Numbered from the stretch's first letter, positions 24,497 through 36,797 are shown. The stretch is DNA of 64,000 bases from Octopus vulgaris (GCA_951406725.2 OX597814.1:149978001-150042000); one strand, 5' to 3'. The notes: generated by a model not told the origin, from the sequence alone. Numbers and translations are program-made.

Positions 24497-26672
24497 TAAG
24501 TGGATGGAGGGTAAAAAATTACTAGCTGAATACATTAAGACCTGCTTAGATTCACATATAAACACAATATACAAGACCCATCTTTTCACATCACATTCAC
24601 TAAAATTTTCAAACTAAACAAATATACATAACAAAATTTGCCTCTTTCTGCTGTAGTCCACGCTCAATTAAACAGGTGAAGTGTACCATAACTTCACAAG
24701 TGCTGGTACCACAAAAAGAAAAGAAGCCATTATTCTACAAAGTGACTGGTTTATGAAATAGAGTAGAAGTTATGCCAAAAGACATGGGGGGGGGGGCATG
24801 ATGCAGTCCCTCCTGCCTGATGCCATCAAACCATGCCAGGTTGCTTACAAGTACTACTGTTACATGAAAGTCAATGACTATCAGTAGCACAAGAACATAG
24901 ATCTTTTCAATTGGGATCCAACAGGCTGTGTAAGATCACTGAAGTGAAGCAACCCATATCACTTGTCAAAGAAGGTCTCTAAAAGGAGACACTACTTTGT
25001 ACAACCGAACTGATATAGCTGTTAGTTTAACTGGGCTTGGCAGCCCAGAAAGACAAAATTGAGCTTCAGAAATGCAACCACACATGGATTGTTGGTGATT
25101 TTTCCTTCTTCTTTGGACTTTCCTCTTTCCAACAAAGAGCTATGCTTGAAATGTTAACAACTCTCTCCTTTTACTAAGTGTCAAATTAATATACTGCTCC
25201 TGCACATCCTCACATTTGCTTTTCTTTTGCTTTTTAATTACTCATTCATTGAATTGACTAAGAGAAGGCCAACTAGTACAAGCCCTCACTGCCTGTTAGT
25301 GCCTGTCAAGAGATAGAAAAGTAAGGGAGCCAATCCCTTAGGGTAAATTGAGTCAGAAGAGAAATACCCACACCAACCTTGCTCTGACTCCATCTTCAGG
25401 CTCTATTCATGCCAAAGAGAACTGGAAGAGTCAATGAATGGGTTGTGCCAGAGTACCCTAACCCTGCGCCATGACAATGGGAATATTCATTTACTTTTTA
25501 AAAGGCAAGTAAAAGGAGTTAGTACCAGGATGCGCATTCAGCTGTAAGCTACCTAAAACTATCCCGTTTAACCAGTGCCAGCATGAAGATGAAAATGTTG
25601 ACTTTGTGACTTATAGAAGTGGCAATACAAGCAAAGGAAGGGGCAGGAGATCCCTTAACTGCAACTCAGGTCTACTCAACACAAATCAGTACTTTGCATT
25701 GTACAAGACCCAATCACTTTACTGAAATGCAGGATAATTAGTATGCATCAGCATATCTAAATGAATACAATTAACACAAGAAAACCAACAGAAAAATTTT
25801 GAAGTGAAGGCACATTATTCACATCACAAACTTATGAGGAAAAGGTTGAATGCCACAGGTTGTTTCATTTATTCCTACTATAAATCAACTATGGGAAATG
25901 GTTGAGATCAAAGTGAACCTTTCTGAAACATCTAGCTCAATAATAAAGAAATTAAGTTCTTTCTAAACACAGTTAATAAAATACCATTATTATAGAAACC
26001 ATGTTATTTGTGTCGGAGCTTTGTTCTGTTTGCAAAATGAGTACACTAAGGGAAGTCCTTATAAAAGGAAGACGCAAACACAAGCCTGTTTTTGGAGGGA
26101 GCAGGGGACATTAACAAGTAAATGACATAGGCAGGTCACAGACATTGTTACAAGTTACTATATACTATGCAACAAAAAAACATCACTCATTTCATTCCAA
26201 GAAATTAGTGTTACCACAGATTGGACACAAAAGAAGAACCAGTGCAACAGGCCTAAGGGAGGCCCATCACCAGAGATCGAAGAGAATTCAGATACACGTG
26301 GCTCTATTAGCTTTCTAAACATCACCGTCAGTAAATAAAGCAATTAACATAGACGATTCATGCCATTTATTTGTTCAAGTATCTTTTTCCGTTCATAAAA
26401 GAATGCTTAGGGTAAAAAAACAGCAGCAAAAGTAAAGAATACGTACAACCTGATGGGTTTTTGTTACGCCGAAAACGGGTGGTGTATGTATTCTTTACCT
26501 CAACCGAAACAGCTTCCAACTGATAACAAAGCCCCTGCGGTTTAAGAGAAAGGGGTGAAGCGATCACTCGCCTTTAGTTTTCCAAGAACATTAGTACCAT
26601 GTCAAAATAAGGGACATCAACCTCTCAGGGGTTACCACCTACTACAATACAAAACGCACGATGATCGACAAA

Positions 26673-26807
26673 TATTGTCACAACAAAACGAGTAAGTTTT
26701 TTTTTTAACATAGCAACACAATATATTCCAAACGTTCTGTTGTATTTAATGTTTCCCATGCGTACAACTATTCTATTATAGAAACAAAATAGCAAATAAA
26801 TGGGAGG
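26673..26807 (-). ncRNA. SNORA20: H/ACA snoRNA SNORA20-like, copy 1
   Basis: UCCCAU/AUGGGA stem, pocket UUAUUU / UGUACGC, H box ACAUUA, 12-bp 3' stem, ACA+3. Confidence 0.8.
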
Positions 26808-26863
26808 GAAAGCATCAACTGAAGATGCTAATCCTCAAATAAAAGAGATTCATTGTCTCTTAC

Positions 26864-26921
26864 CAGATTAATCACCTTCAATCATCTTTCCAGACCACAA
26901 CTAATACTACCAGTCCTCAAA
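26864..26921 (-). other. Predicted 58-nt non-coding cassette exon (further copies at 28872-28929, 30861-30918, 32868-32925)
   Basis: Branch point CTAAC (26946-26942), acceptor gatttcAG, donor CTG|GTAAG about 55 nt upstream of SNORA20. Confidence 0.55.
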
Positions 26922-27879
26922 CTGAAATCATAATTCAATATGTTAGACACGGTTTTAAAACCATACTGCCATTAGGCTGCAAAAATACATGTATTTATAA
27001 GCTTAAGATTGCAGAACTGAAGTGAGGACATCTTTCAAGGTAGTAGAACAGTACAGATCAATGGTTCTCAACTAGGATCCAGATAAGATTTTGCTGTCAA
27101 AATTTACGGGCAATAAATTGGTTATATTTCTACAATATACAAATTAAACATTTTTTATAGAACTCCTATCGGAACCAAAGGGGTCCACAGGCAAAAAATA
27201 GTTGAGAAACACTGATATAGATAAAGATCTAGCAATGCATAACTTTTATGAAGTCCTGAGAGTTGATCAATACATCTCAGTAATTTAGTACAGCTCGTTT
27301 TTGAGCGTGGCCGTTGCCAGTACCGCCTGACTGGCCCTCTCTCGAGGTTGTTGGTGTTAGGAAGGGCATCCAACTGTAGAAACTCTGCCAGATCAAATTG
27401 GAGTCTGGTGTAGCCATCTGGTTCGCTAGACCTCAGTCAAATCGTCCAACCCATGCTAGCATGGAAAGCGGATGTTAAACGATGAGGTTTTTCAGCTGTA
27501 ACAAGGAATACTATTCCAAGGAAACATGATCCTTTATTTTGAATATTGCCTACCTAATATAATGAAAATGGAAGTTTATAATTGTTAAATATATTCGAAT
27601 TATTACTCAACAACTTCCCGTTAGTTTGCTTCAGATTCTCACCATAGGAAAATACTAGATCCATTCTTAATTGGCAATAAAATTAAGGCAATATTTTAAA
27701 AACAGCTAGATCCAACATTTTTAAGATAAGGGGAAACTGGAGTTTTTCCAAATTTTACTTCTAAAGAGGAACCTTTGGGCCACCTTTGACTTTGAACGAA
27801 TCCCTTCGTTTTTTATGACCTTGCTGTTCCCAAGGTCAACTCCCTTTACCCCCAAAACATTTTTATCCTACATAAAAAA

Positions 27880-28275
27880 CCCAATGCCATAAACGTAGAA
27901 GATATACAACGAAGGGCCCAGCACTTAAGAGAACTTTTAAATAAAACAACTAAGCTTTACATGTCCCTGCCTACAGAAGACCAAAAGGGAAATATTAAAG
28001 GCTTTGAAGATCATAAGCGGAATCTACGACAAAGTTATTTGAAAATATAAGGGAACACGATAAGAAACATGACAGCAACAAGTGAGAATGAACGTAAGGA
28101 AACACTACGAGAGAGTAGTGAATATTTAGAAGAGAGCCCTTCCATAAGGTGATGCAATCTGAAAAGATTTATCCACACCTGGAATAATATAGAAACAACG
28201 AAGACGATAATACATAATCGCTGTGACCACTACCAAAAAAAGAACTAGTGAAACAGGCCTAAGGGAGGCCCATCA
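27880..28275 (+). mobile_element. Degenerate CR1-clade LINE 3' end, repeated in each array unit (also ~29900, ~31880, ~33890)
   Basis: VEDIQRRA...KIISGIYDKV and downstream RVVNI-like remnant resemble the CR1 ORF2 C-terminus; GGCCT-n5-AGGCC tail hairpin. Confidence 0.6.
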
Positions 28276-28681
28276 CAAGAGATCAAAGAGAATTCAGATA
28301 CACATGGCTCTAATAAAGAATAAAGTTTCTTTTCTTTCTAAACATCACCGTCAGTAAATAAAGCAATTAGAATAGACGATGCATGCCATTTATTTGTTCA
28401 CGTATCTTTTTCAGTTCATAAAAGAATGCTTAGGGTAAAAAAAAAACAGCGGCAAAAGAATACGTACAACCTGATGTGTTTTTGTTACGCCAAAAATGGG
28501 TGGTGTATGTATTCTTTACCTCAACCGAAACGGCTTCCAACTGATAACAAAGCCCCTGCAGTTCCAGAGAAAGGGGCAAAACAATCACTCGCCTTTACTT
28601 TTCCAAGAACATTAGTACCATGTCAAAAAACGGGACATCAACCTCTCAGGGGTTACCACCTACTACACAATGATCAACAAA

Positions 28682-28815
28682 AATTGTCACAACAAAACGA
28701 GTAAGTTTTTTTTTAACATAGCAACACAATATATTCCAAACGTTCTGTTGTATTTAATGTTTCCCATGCGTATAACTATTCTATTATAGAAATAAAATAG
28801 CAAACAAATGGGAAG
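28682..28815 (-). ncRNA. SNORA20: H/ACA snoRNA SNORA20-like, copy 2
   Basis: CUUCCCAUUUGUUUGCU...AGUUAUACGCAUGGGA, H box ACAUUA, ACAAUU end. Confidence 0.82.
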
Positions 28816-30670
28816 GAAAGCATCAACAGAAGATGCTAAACCTCAAATAAAAGAGATCCATTGTCTCTTACCAGATTAATCACCTTCAATCATCTTTCCA
28901 GACCACAACTAATACTGCCAGTCCTCAAACTGAAATCTTAATTCAATATGTTAGACATGGTTTTAAAACCATACTGCCATTAGGCTGCAAAAATACATGT
29001 ATTTATAAGCTTAAGACTGCAGAACTGAAGTGAGGACATCTTTCAAGTTAGTAGAACAGTACAGATCAATGGTTCTCAACTAGGATCCAGATAAGATTTT
29101 GCTGTCAAATTTTACAGGCAATAAATTGGTTATATTTCTACAATATACAAATTTAACATTTTTTATAGAACTCCTATAGGAACCAAAGGGGTCCACGGGA
29201 AAATAGTTGAAAAACACTGATATAAAGATCTAGCAATGCGTAACTTTTATGAAGTCCTGAGAGTTGATCAATACATCTCAGTAATTTAGTACAGCTCGTT
29301 TTTGAGCGTGGCCGTTGCCAGTACCGCCTGACTGGCCCTCTCTCGGGGTTGTTGGCGTTAGGAAGGGCATCCAACTGTAGAAACTCTGCCAGATCAAATT
29401 GGAGTCTGGTGTAGCCATCTGGTTCGCCAGACCTCAGTCAAATCATCCAACCCACGCTAGCATGGAAAGCGAACGTTAAACGATGATGATGTTTTTCGGC
29501 TGTAACAAGGAATCCTATTCCAAGGAAACATGATCCTTTATTTTGAATATTGCCTACCTAATGTAATGAAAATGGAAGTTTATAATTGTTAAATATACTC
29601 GAATTATTACTCAACAACTTCCCGTTAGTTTGCTTCAGATTCTCACCATAGGAAAATACTAGATCCATTCTTAATTGGCAATAAAATTAAGGCAATATTT
29701 TAAAAACAGCTAGATCCAACATTTTTAAGATAAGGGGAAATTGGAGTTTTTCCAAATTTTACTTCTAAAGAGGAACCTTTGGGCCACCTTCGACTTTGAA
29801 CGAATCCCTTCGTTTTTTATGACCTTGCTGTTCCCAAGGTCAACTCCCTTTACCCCCAAAACATTTTTATCCTACATAAAAAACCCTATGCCATAAACGT
29901 AGAAGATATACAACGAAGGGCCCAGCACTTAAGAGAACTTTTAAATAAAACAACTTTAAGCTTTACATGTCCCTGCCTACAGAAGACCAAGAGGGAAATA
30001 TTAAAGGTTTTGAAGATCATAAGCGGAATCTACGACAAAGTTATTTGAAAATATAAGGGAACACAATAAGAAACATGACAGCAACAAGTGAGAATGAACG
30101 AGAGAGTAGTGACTATTTAGAAGAAAGCCCTTCTATAAGATGATGCAATCTGAAAAGATTTATCCACACCAGGAATAATATAGAAACAACGAAGACGAAA
30201 ATACGTAATCGCCGTGACCACTACCAAAAGAAGAACTAGTGAAACAGGCCTAAGGGAGGCCCATCACAAGAGATCAAAGAGAATTCAGATACACATGGCT
30301 CTAATAAAGAATAAAGTTTCTTTTCTTTCTAAACATCACCGTCAGTAAATAAAGCAATTAGAATAGACGATGCATGCCATTTATTTGTTCACGTATCTTT
30401 TTCAGTTCATAAAAGAATGCTTAGGGTAAAAAAAAACAGCGGCAAAAGAATACGTACAACCTGATGTGTTTTTGTTACGCCAAAAATGGGTGGTGTATGT
30501 ATTCTTTACCTCAACCGAAACGGCTTCCAACTGATAACAAAGCCCCTGCAGTTCCAGAGAAAGGGGCAAAACAATCACTCGCCTTTACTTTTCCAAGAAC
30601 ATTAGTACCATGTCAAAAAACGGGACATCAACCTCTCAGGGTTACCACCTACTACACAATGATCAACAAA

Positions 30671-30804
30671 AATTGTCACAACAAAACGAGTAAGTTTTTT
30701 TTTAACATAGCAACACAATATATTCCAAACGTTCTGTTGTATTTAATGTTTCCCATGCGTATAACTATTCTATTATAGAAATAAAATAGCAAACAAATGG
30801 GAAG
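30671..30804 (-). ncRNA. SNORA20: H/ACA snoRNA SNORA20-like, copy 3
   Basis: Same sequence and fold as copy 2. Confidence 0.82.
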
Positions 30805-32676
30805 GAAAGCATCAACAGAAGATGCTAAACCTCAAATAAAAGAGATCCATTGTCTCTTACCAGATTAATCACCTTCAATCATCTTTCCAGACCACAACTA
30901 ATACTGCCAGTCCTCAAACTGAAATCTTAATTCAATATGTTAGACATGGTTTTAAAACCATACTGCCATTAGGCTGCAAAAATACATGTATTTATAAGCT
31001 TAAGACTGCAGAACTGAAGTGAGGACATCTTTCAAGTTAGTAGAACAGTACAGATCAATGGTTCTCAACTAGGATCCAGATAAGATTTTGCTGTCAAATT
31101 TTACAGGCAATAAATTGGTTATATTTCTACAATATACAAATTTAACATTTTTTATAGAACTCCTATAGGAACCAAAGGGGTCCACGGGAAAATAGTTGAA
31201 AAACACTGATATAAAGATCTAGCAATGCGTAACTTTTATGAAGTCCTGAGAGTTGATCAATACATCTCAGTAATTTAGTACAGCTCGTTTTTGAGCGTGG
31301 CCGTTGCCAGTACCGCCTGACTGGCCCTCTCTCGGGGTTGTTGGCGTTAGGAAGGGCATCCAACTGTAGAAACTCTGCCAGATCAAATTGGAGTCTGGTG
31401 TAGCCATCTGGTTCGCTAGACCTCAGTCAAATCATCCAACCCACGCTAGCATGGAAAGCGAACGTTAAACGATGATGATGTTTTTCGGCTGTAACAAGGA
31501 ATCCTATTCCAAGGACACATGATCCTTTATTTTGAATATTGCCTACCTAATGTAATGAAAATGGAAGTTTATAATTGTTAAATATACTCGAATTATTACT
31601 CAACAACTTCCCGTTAGTTTGCTTCAGATTCTCACCATAGGAAAATACTAGATCCATTCTTAATTGGCAATAAAATTAAGGCAATATTTTAAAAACAGCT
31701 AGATCCAACATTTTTAAGATAAGGGGAAATTGGAGTTTTTCCAAATTTTACTTCTAAAGAGGAACCTTTGGGCCACCTTCGACTTTGAACGAATCCCTTC
31801 GTTTTTATGACCTTGCTGTTCCCAAGGTCAACTCCCTTTACCCCCAAAACATTTTTATCCTACATAAAAAACCCTATGCCATAAACGTAGAAGATATACA
31901 ACGAAGGGCCCAGCACTTAAGAGAACTTTTAAATAAAACAACTTTAAGCTTTACATGTCCCTGCCTACAGAAGACCAAGAGGGAAATATTAAAGGTTTTG
32001 AAGATCATAAGCGGAATCTACGACAAAGTTATTTGAAAATATAAGGGAACACAATAAGAAACATGACAGCAACAAGTGAGAATGAACGAGAGAGTAGTGA
32101 CTATTTAGAAGAAAGCCCTTCTATAAGATGATGCAATCTGAAAAGATTTATCCACACCAGGAATAATATAGAAACAACGAAGACGAAAATACGTAATCGC
32201 CGTGACCACTACCAAAAGAAGAACTAGTGCAACAGGCCTAAGGGAGGCCCATCACCAGGGATCGAAGAGAATTCAGATACACATGGCTCTAATAAAGAAT
32301 AAAGTTTCTTTGCTTTTTAAACATCACTGTCAGTAAATAAAGCAATTAACAGACGGTTCATGCCATTTATTTGCTCACGTATCTTTTTCCGTTCATAAAA
32401 AAATGCCTAGGGTAAAAAAAAAACAGCGGCAAAAGTAAAGAATACGTACAACCTGATGGGTTTTTGTTACGCCGAAAACGGGTGGTGTATGTATTCTTTA
32501 CTTCAACCGAAACGGCTTCCAACTGATAACAAAGCCCCTGCAGTTCAAGAGAAAGGGGCGAAACAATCAGTCGCCTTTACTTTTCCAAGAACATTAGTAC
32601 CATGTCAAAAAACGAGACATCGACCTCTCAAGGGTTACCACCTACGACAATACAAAACGGACGATGATCATAAAAA

Positions 32677-32811
32677 AATTGTCACAACAAAACGAGTAAG
32701 TTTTTTTTTTAACATAGCAACACAATATATTCCAAACGTTCTGTTGTATTTAATGTTTCCCATGCGTATAACTATTTTATTATAGAAATAAAATAGCAAA
32801 TAAATGGGAAG
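32677..32811 (-). ncRNA. SNORA20: H/ACA snoRNA SNORA20-like, copy 4
   Basis: CUUCCCAUUUAUUUGCU...AGUUAUACGCAUGGGA matches the recalled human SNORA20 5' hairpin ends; H and ACA boxes present. Confidence 0.85.
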
Positions 32812-34682
32812 GAAAGCATCAACAGAAGATGCTAAACCTCAAATAAAAGAGATTCATTGTCTCTTACCAGATTAATCACCTTCAATCATCTTTCCAGACC
32901 ACAACTAATACTGCCAGTCCTCAAACTGAAATCTTAATTCAATATGTTAGACATGGTTTTAAAACCATACTGCCATTAGGCTGCAAAAATACATGTATTT
33001 ATAAACTTAAGATTGCAGAACTGAAGTGAGGACATCTTTCAAGTTAGTAGAACAGTACAGATCAATGGTTCTCAACTAGGATCCAGATAAGATTTTGCTG
33101 TCAAAATTTATGGGCAATAAATTGGTTATATTTCTACAATATACAAATTAAAAATTTTTTATAGAACTCCTATAGGAACCAAAGGGGTCCACAGGCAAAA
33201 AATAGTTGAGAAACACTGATATAGATAAAGATCTAGTAATGCATAACTTTTATGAAGTCCTGAGAGTTGATCAATACATCTCAGTAATTTAGTACAGCTC
33301 GTTTTTGAGCGTGGCCGTTGCCAGTACAGCCTGACTGGCCCTCTCTCGGGGTTGTTGGCGTTAGGAAGGGCATCCAACTGTAGAAACTCTGCCAGATCAA
33401 ATTGGAGTCTGGTGTAGCCATCTGGTTCGCCAGACCTCAGTCAAATCGTCCAACCCACGCTAGCATGGAAAGCGAACGTTAAACGATGATGATGTTTTTC
33501 AGCTGTAACAAGGAATACTATTCCAAGGAAACATGATCCTTTATTTTGAATATTGCCTACCTAATGTAATGAAAATGGAAGTTTATAATTGTTAAATATA
33601 CTCGAATTATTACTCAACAACTTCCCGTTAGTTTGCTTCAGATTCTCACCATAGGAAAATACTAGATCCATTCTTAATTGGCAATAAAAATAAGGCAATA
33701 TTTTAAAAACAGCTAGATCCAACATTTTTAAGATAAGGGGAAATTGGAGTTTTTCCAAATTTTACTTCTAAAGAGGAACCTTTGAGCCACCTTCGACTTC
33801 GGACGAATCCCTTCGGTTTTTATGACCTTGCTGTTCCCAAGGTCAACTCCCTTTACCCCCAAAACATTTTTATCCTACATAAAAGACCCAATGCCATAAA
33901 CGTAGAAGATATACAACGAAGGGCCCAGCACTTAAGAGAACTTTTAAATAAAACAACTTTAAGCTTTACATGTCCATGCCTACAGAAGACCAAAAGGGAA
34001 ATATTAAAGGTTTTGAAGATCATAAGCGGAATCTACGACAAAGTTATTTGAAAATATAAGGGAACACGATAAGAAACAGGACAGCAACAAGTGCAAATGA
34101 ACGTAAGGAAACACTACGAGAGAGTAGTGAATATTTAGAAGAGAGCCCTTCCATAAGATGATGCAATCTGAAAAGATTTATCCACACCAGAAACAACGAA
34201 GACGAAAATACATAATCGCCGTGACCACTACCAAAAGAAGAACTAGTGCAACAGGCCTAAAGGAGGCCCATCACCAGAGATCGAAGAGAATTCAGATACA
34301 CATGGCTCTAATAAAGAATAAAGTTTCTTTTCTTTCTAAACATCACTGTCAGTAAATAAAGCAATTAACATAGACGGTTCATGCCATTTATTTGCTCACG
34401 TATCTTTTTCCGTTCATAAAAAAATGCCTAGAGTAAAAAAACAGCGGCAAAAGTAAAGAATACGTACAACCTGATGGGTTTTTGTTACGCCGAAAACGGG
34501 TGGTGTATGTATTCTTTACCTCAACTGAAACGGCTTCCAACTGATAACAAAGCCCCTGCAGTTCAAGAGAAAGGGGCGAAACAATCAGTCGCCTTTACTT
34601 TTCCAAGAACATTAGTACCATGTCAAAAAAACGGGACATCGACCTCTCAGGGGTTACCACCTACTACACGATGATCAACAAA

Positions 34683-34812
34683 AATTGTCACAACAAAACG
34701 AATAAGTTTTTAACATAGCAACACAATATATTCCAAACGTTCTGTTGTATTTAATGTTTCCCATGCGTATAACTATTCTATTAAAAAAATAAAATAGCAA
34801 ATAAATGGGAGT
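34683..34812 (-). ncRNA. SNORA20: H/ACA snoRNA SNORA20-like, copy 5 (its 5' end coincides with the array edge)
   Basis: Hairpin-H-hairpin-ACA; pocket strand UAUACGC is complementary to 18S GCGUAUA and lies 14 nt from the H box. Confidence 0.85.
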
Positions 34813-36323
34813 AAACGAGGTAGCAATAATGTCAAATTGAGAAAAAATTTTTAACGATTCAAAAGAAAAAAAAAAATCAGGCAACAATTCGCAAATCAGA
34901 CCGTTAAAGCCGACTAGAATGTTCGTTCTAGTTATTAACACCACTGATTTATATAAGATGTATGGTGTTGTCATTTCAAGGGCATTGTGAAAGGAGTCAA
35001 ATTCTGTAGAAAATACCTTAAATATAGAAACCTCCTTAAAATAAAACCTTCGAGGTTAAACGGAAAATGATCAAACGGATATGATGAACTTGAGTCGGGG
35101 GAAAATGAAAAGGAATGTATGACCTTTTTTTAAGGTCAAAGGTTCGTTTCATAGAGTGAAAAGGGAAAGCAGAAGTTCAATGTCCTTTAAATGTTTCAAT
35201 ATTAAGCCTCACAGACTTACAAATAAATTACAATCACGAGCACCAAATTAAAATCTGTAAATGGAAGAGGTGGTTAAGGGTTTCGAGACCGGAGTCTACG
35301 ACCAAGAGACGTTTTCGTTACTTTTAATTGATGTGCACACACACACACAAACAAATATATATTATATTATATATATATATACATATATAATGCACACAAT
35401 AATCTGAACAGAGAGCCTGCAGAACGTGATATTTGATGGTTCTCCGAGACCAATGAGAATAAAACGATTTATACATTCTGTCCAAAGCTAAGTGGACGGC
35501 TACAGGAAAATTGTGAAGGGAGGGATTCCTGGGTGGCGATTTGTGGGAAGGACAGGGCGTAACTTTATATCAGACATGATAACTGAATTACGCTGGATAT
35601 CACTAGAAAAGAAACAAAGAACCTATTTAAAACAAAATTTATTCACAATAATTACCAGCAACAGTTAGCCACCAAAAGATTTCACTTTGTAATGCATGAA
35701 CACGTGGATGTAAATAACCACGTGGGTTTATATAAGGAACATTACATTGTTCATTGAAGCTAAAATTCTAAAAATATTTAAATGTCTTTAGAGATTGCTG
35801 TTATAAATCAGCAGCTGACAATTATTTTCCTTTGAAAAAAAAAAATTTTTAATGAATGAAATTGGCGGAATACGTTATATTGATTAAGGCAATAAAAAAA
35901 AATCGGGATATATCAATTGCAGTAATGTATTACTATTTTTATTAATTATCAATTTTCATTTTCTGTAATATTTAAAACAAGAAAATCAAAAACTTTTCCA
36001 TCTCAATTATTATTATGAGATTGCATGTATCTATGTTGAAAGAAATGGGTTAAAGAGACCTCCCCTCTTTTCGTTAGCTTCAACACCGGCTTGCCGGCAT
36101 GGGCTGGAACAGGTGCACGATTAATTAACGCCAGGCGGGCTTCATTGAATTATGTTTGACATCCAATTGGTGTTCGTTATATTATAAGTAATAAGACAAA
36201 TTGAAAAATATTTAAAACTAACTCAAATGAGCGGCATTATAAAATAAATCATAGACTGAACAAAAACACTTAAGGAGGAGGGCACGTTTAAAGGATAAAG
36301 CAGCTCATGATATTTTAACTTAC

Positions 36324-36450
36324 CAAATTATTCAGCAGACTGCTGTCTGAGTCGTTTCTCACGGCGAATAACTGATTTTAAGGCCTACACCACTACGCTC
36401 CTCCACCGTTAATCAGCTGAACTATTGAATATCCGGTGACACGCAGAAAG
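36324..36450 (-). other. HSPD1: Probable non-coding first exon of HSP60 (upstream edge approximate)
   Basis: Strong donor TTG|GTAAGT at 36323 next to the HSE-containing, CpG-richer promoter. The ATG exon has an acceptor only 5 nt before the ATG, so an upstream exon is required. Confidence 0.65.
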
Positions 36451-36660
36451 TCTGCGGCCCGGGACTCGGCATATTAAAACGAAATAGCTTTATTATAAGA
36501 ATTATTTTCAACTCATTTGTGTACTTCAAAATGAATTTCTGCAAGAAATATCGATTAAATGAAACTTTTTGTATGCAAATTAAGCATATTGCGAAATCAT
36601 TTAAATTTAAGACTAAATCTTCTGTTTGGAAATTACATTATACAGGGTTAGGTTTTATGT

Positions 36661-36675
36661 TGAACTTTCTAGAAA
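36661..36675. promoter_or_regulatory. Heat-shock element 1 in the HSP60/HSP10 bidirectional promoter
   Basis: tGAActTTCtaGAAa, three perfect alternating nGAAn units. Confidence 0.85.
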
Positions 36676-36797
36676 TACTGCTCGACTTTTTGGAGTTCAA
36701 TATTTTAAACCACTTTTACGAAGTGTTACGTTTATTAAACAAAATTGTAAATCAAAATAATAACAGTAAGTCATTTTAAAGTTAATTACACTAAGCA

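Larger units (their letters stand above)
26230..34810. repeat. Tandem array of ~2.0-kb units (about 4.3 copies) in HSP60 intron 1
   Basis: Marker AACAGGCCTAA at 26246, 28252, 30243, 32231 and 34250 (periods 2006, 1991, 1988, 2019); units very similar with scattered substitutions and indels. Confidence 0.97.

Noticed and set aside
26440-26475. CTGATGG...CGAAA as a hammerhead core in the array
   Set aside because: The conserved A of CUGANGA is replaced, stem II is poor, and no nearby cleavage triplet pairs correctly.
26528-26635. AAAGCCCCTG...CAGGGGTT as the RNase MRP/P P4 helix
   Set aside because: Spacing and other conserved regions do not fit, and GCCCCT pairs better locally with AGGGGC.
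26406-26640. TTAGGG / TAACCCC motifs in the array block as a telomerase RNA template
   Set aside because: Only ACCCUAA or UAACCCC is present, with no 1.5-repeat template, and the first motif is mutated in copies 4 and 5.
28426-34674. Recurring 60-110 aa ORFs in the array (MCFCYAKNG..., MDALPNANN...)
   Set aside because: Lengths and frames differ between copies. They overlap snoRNA, SINE or CR1 remnants and show no recognisable domain.
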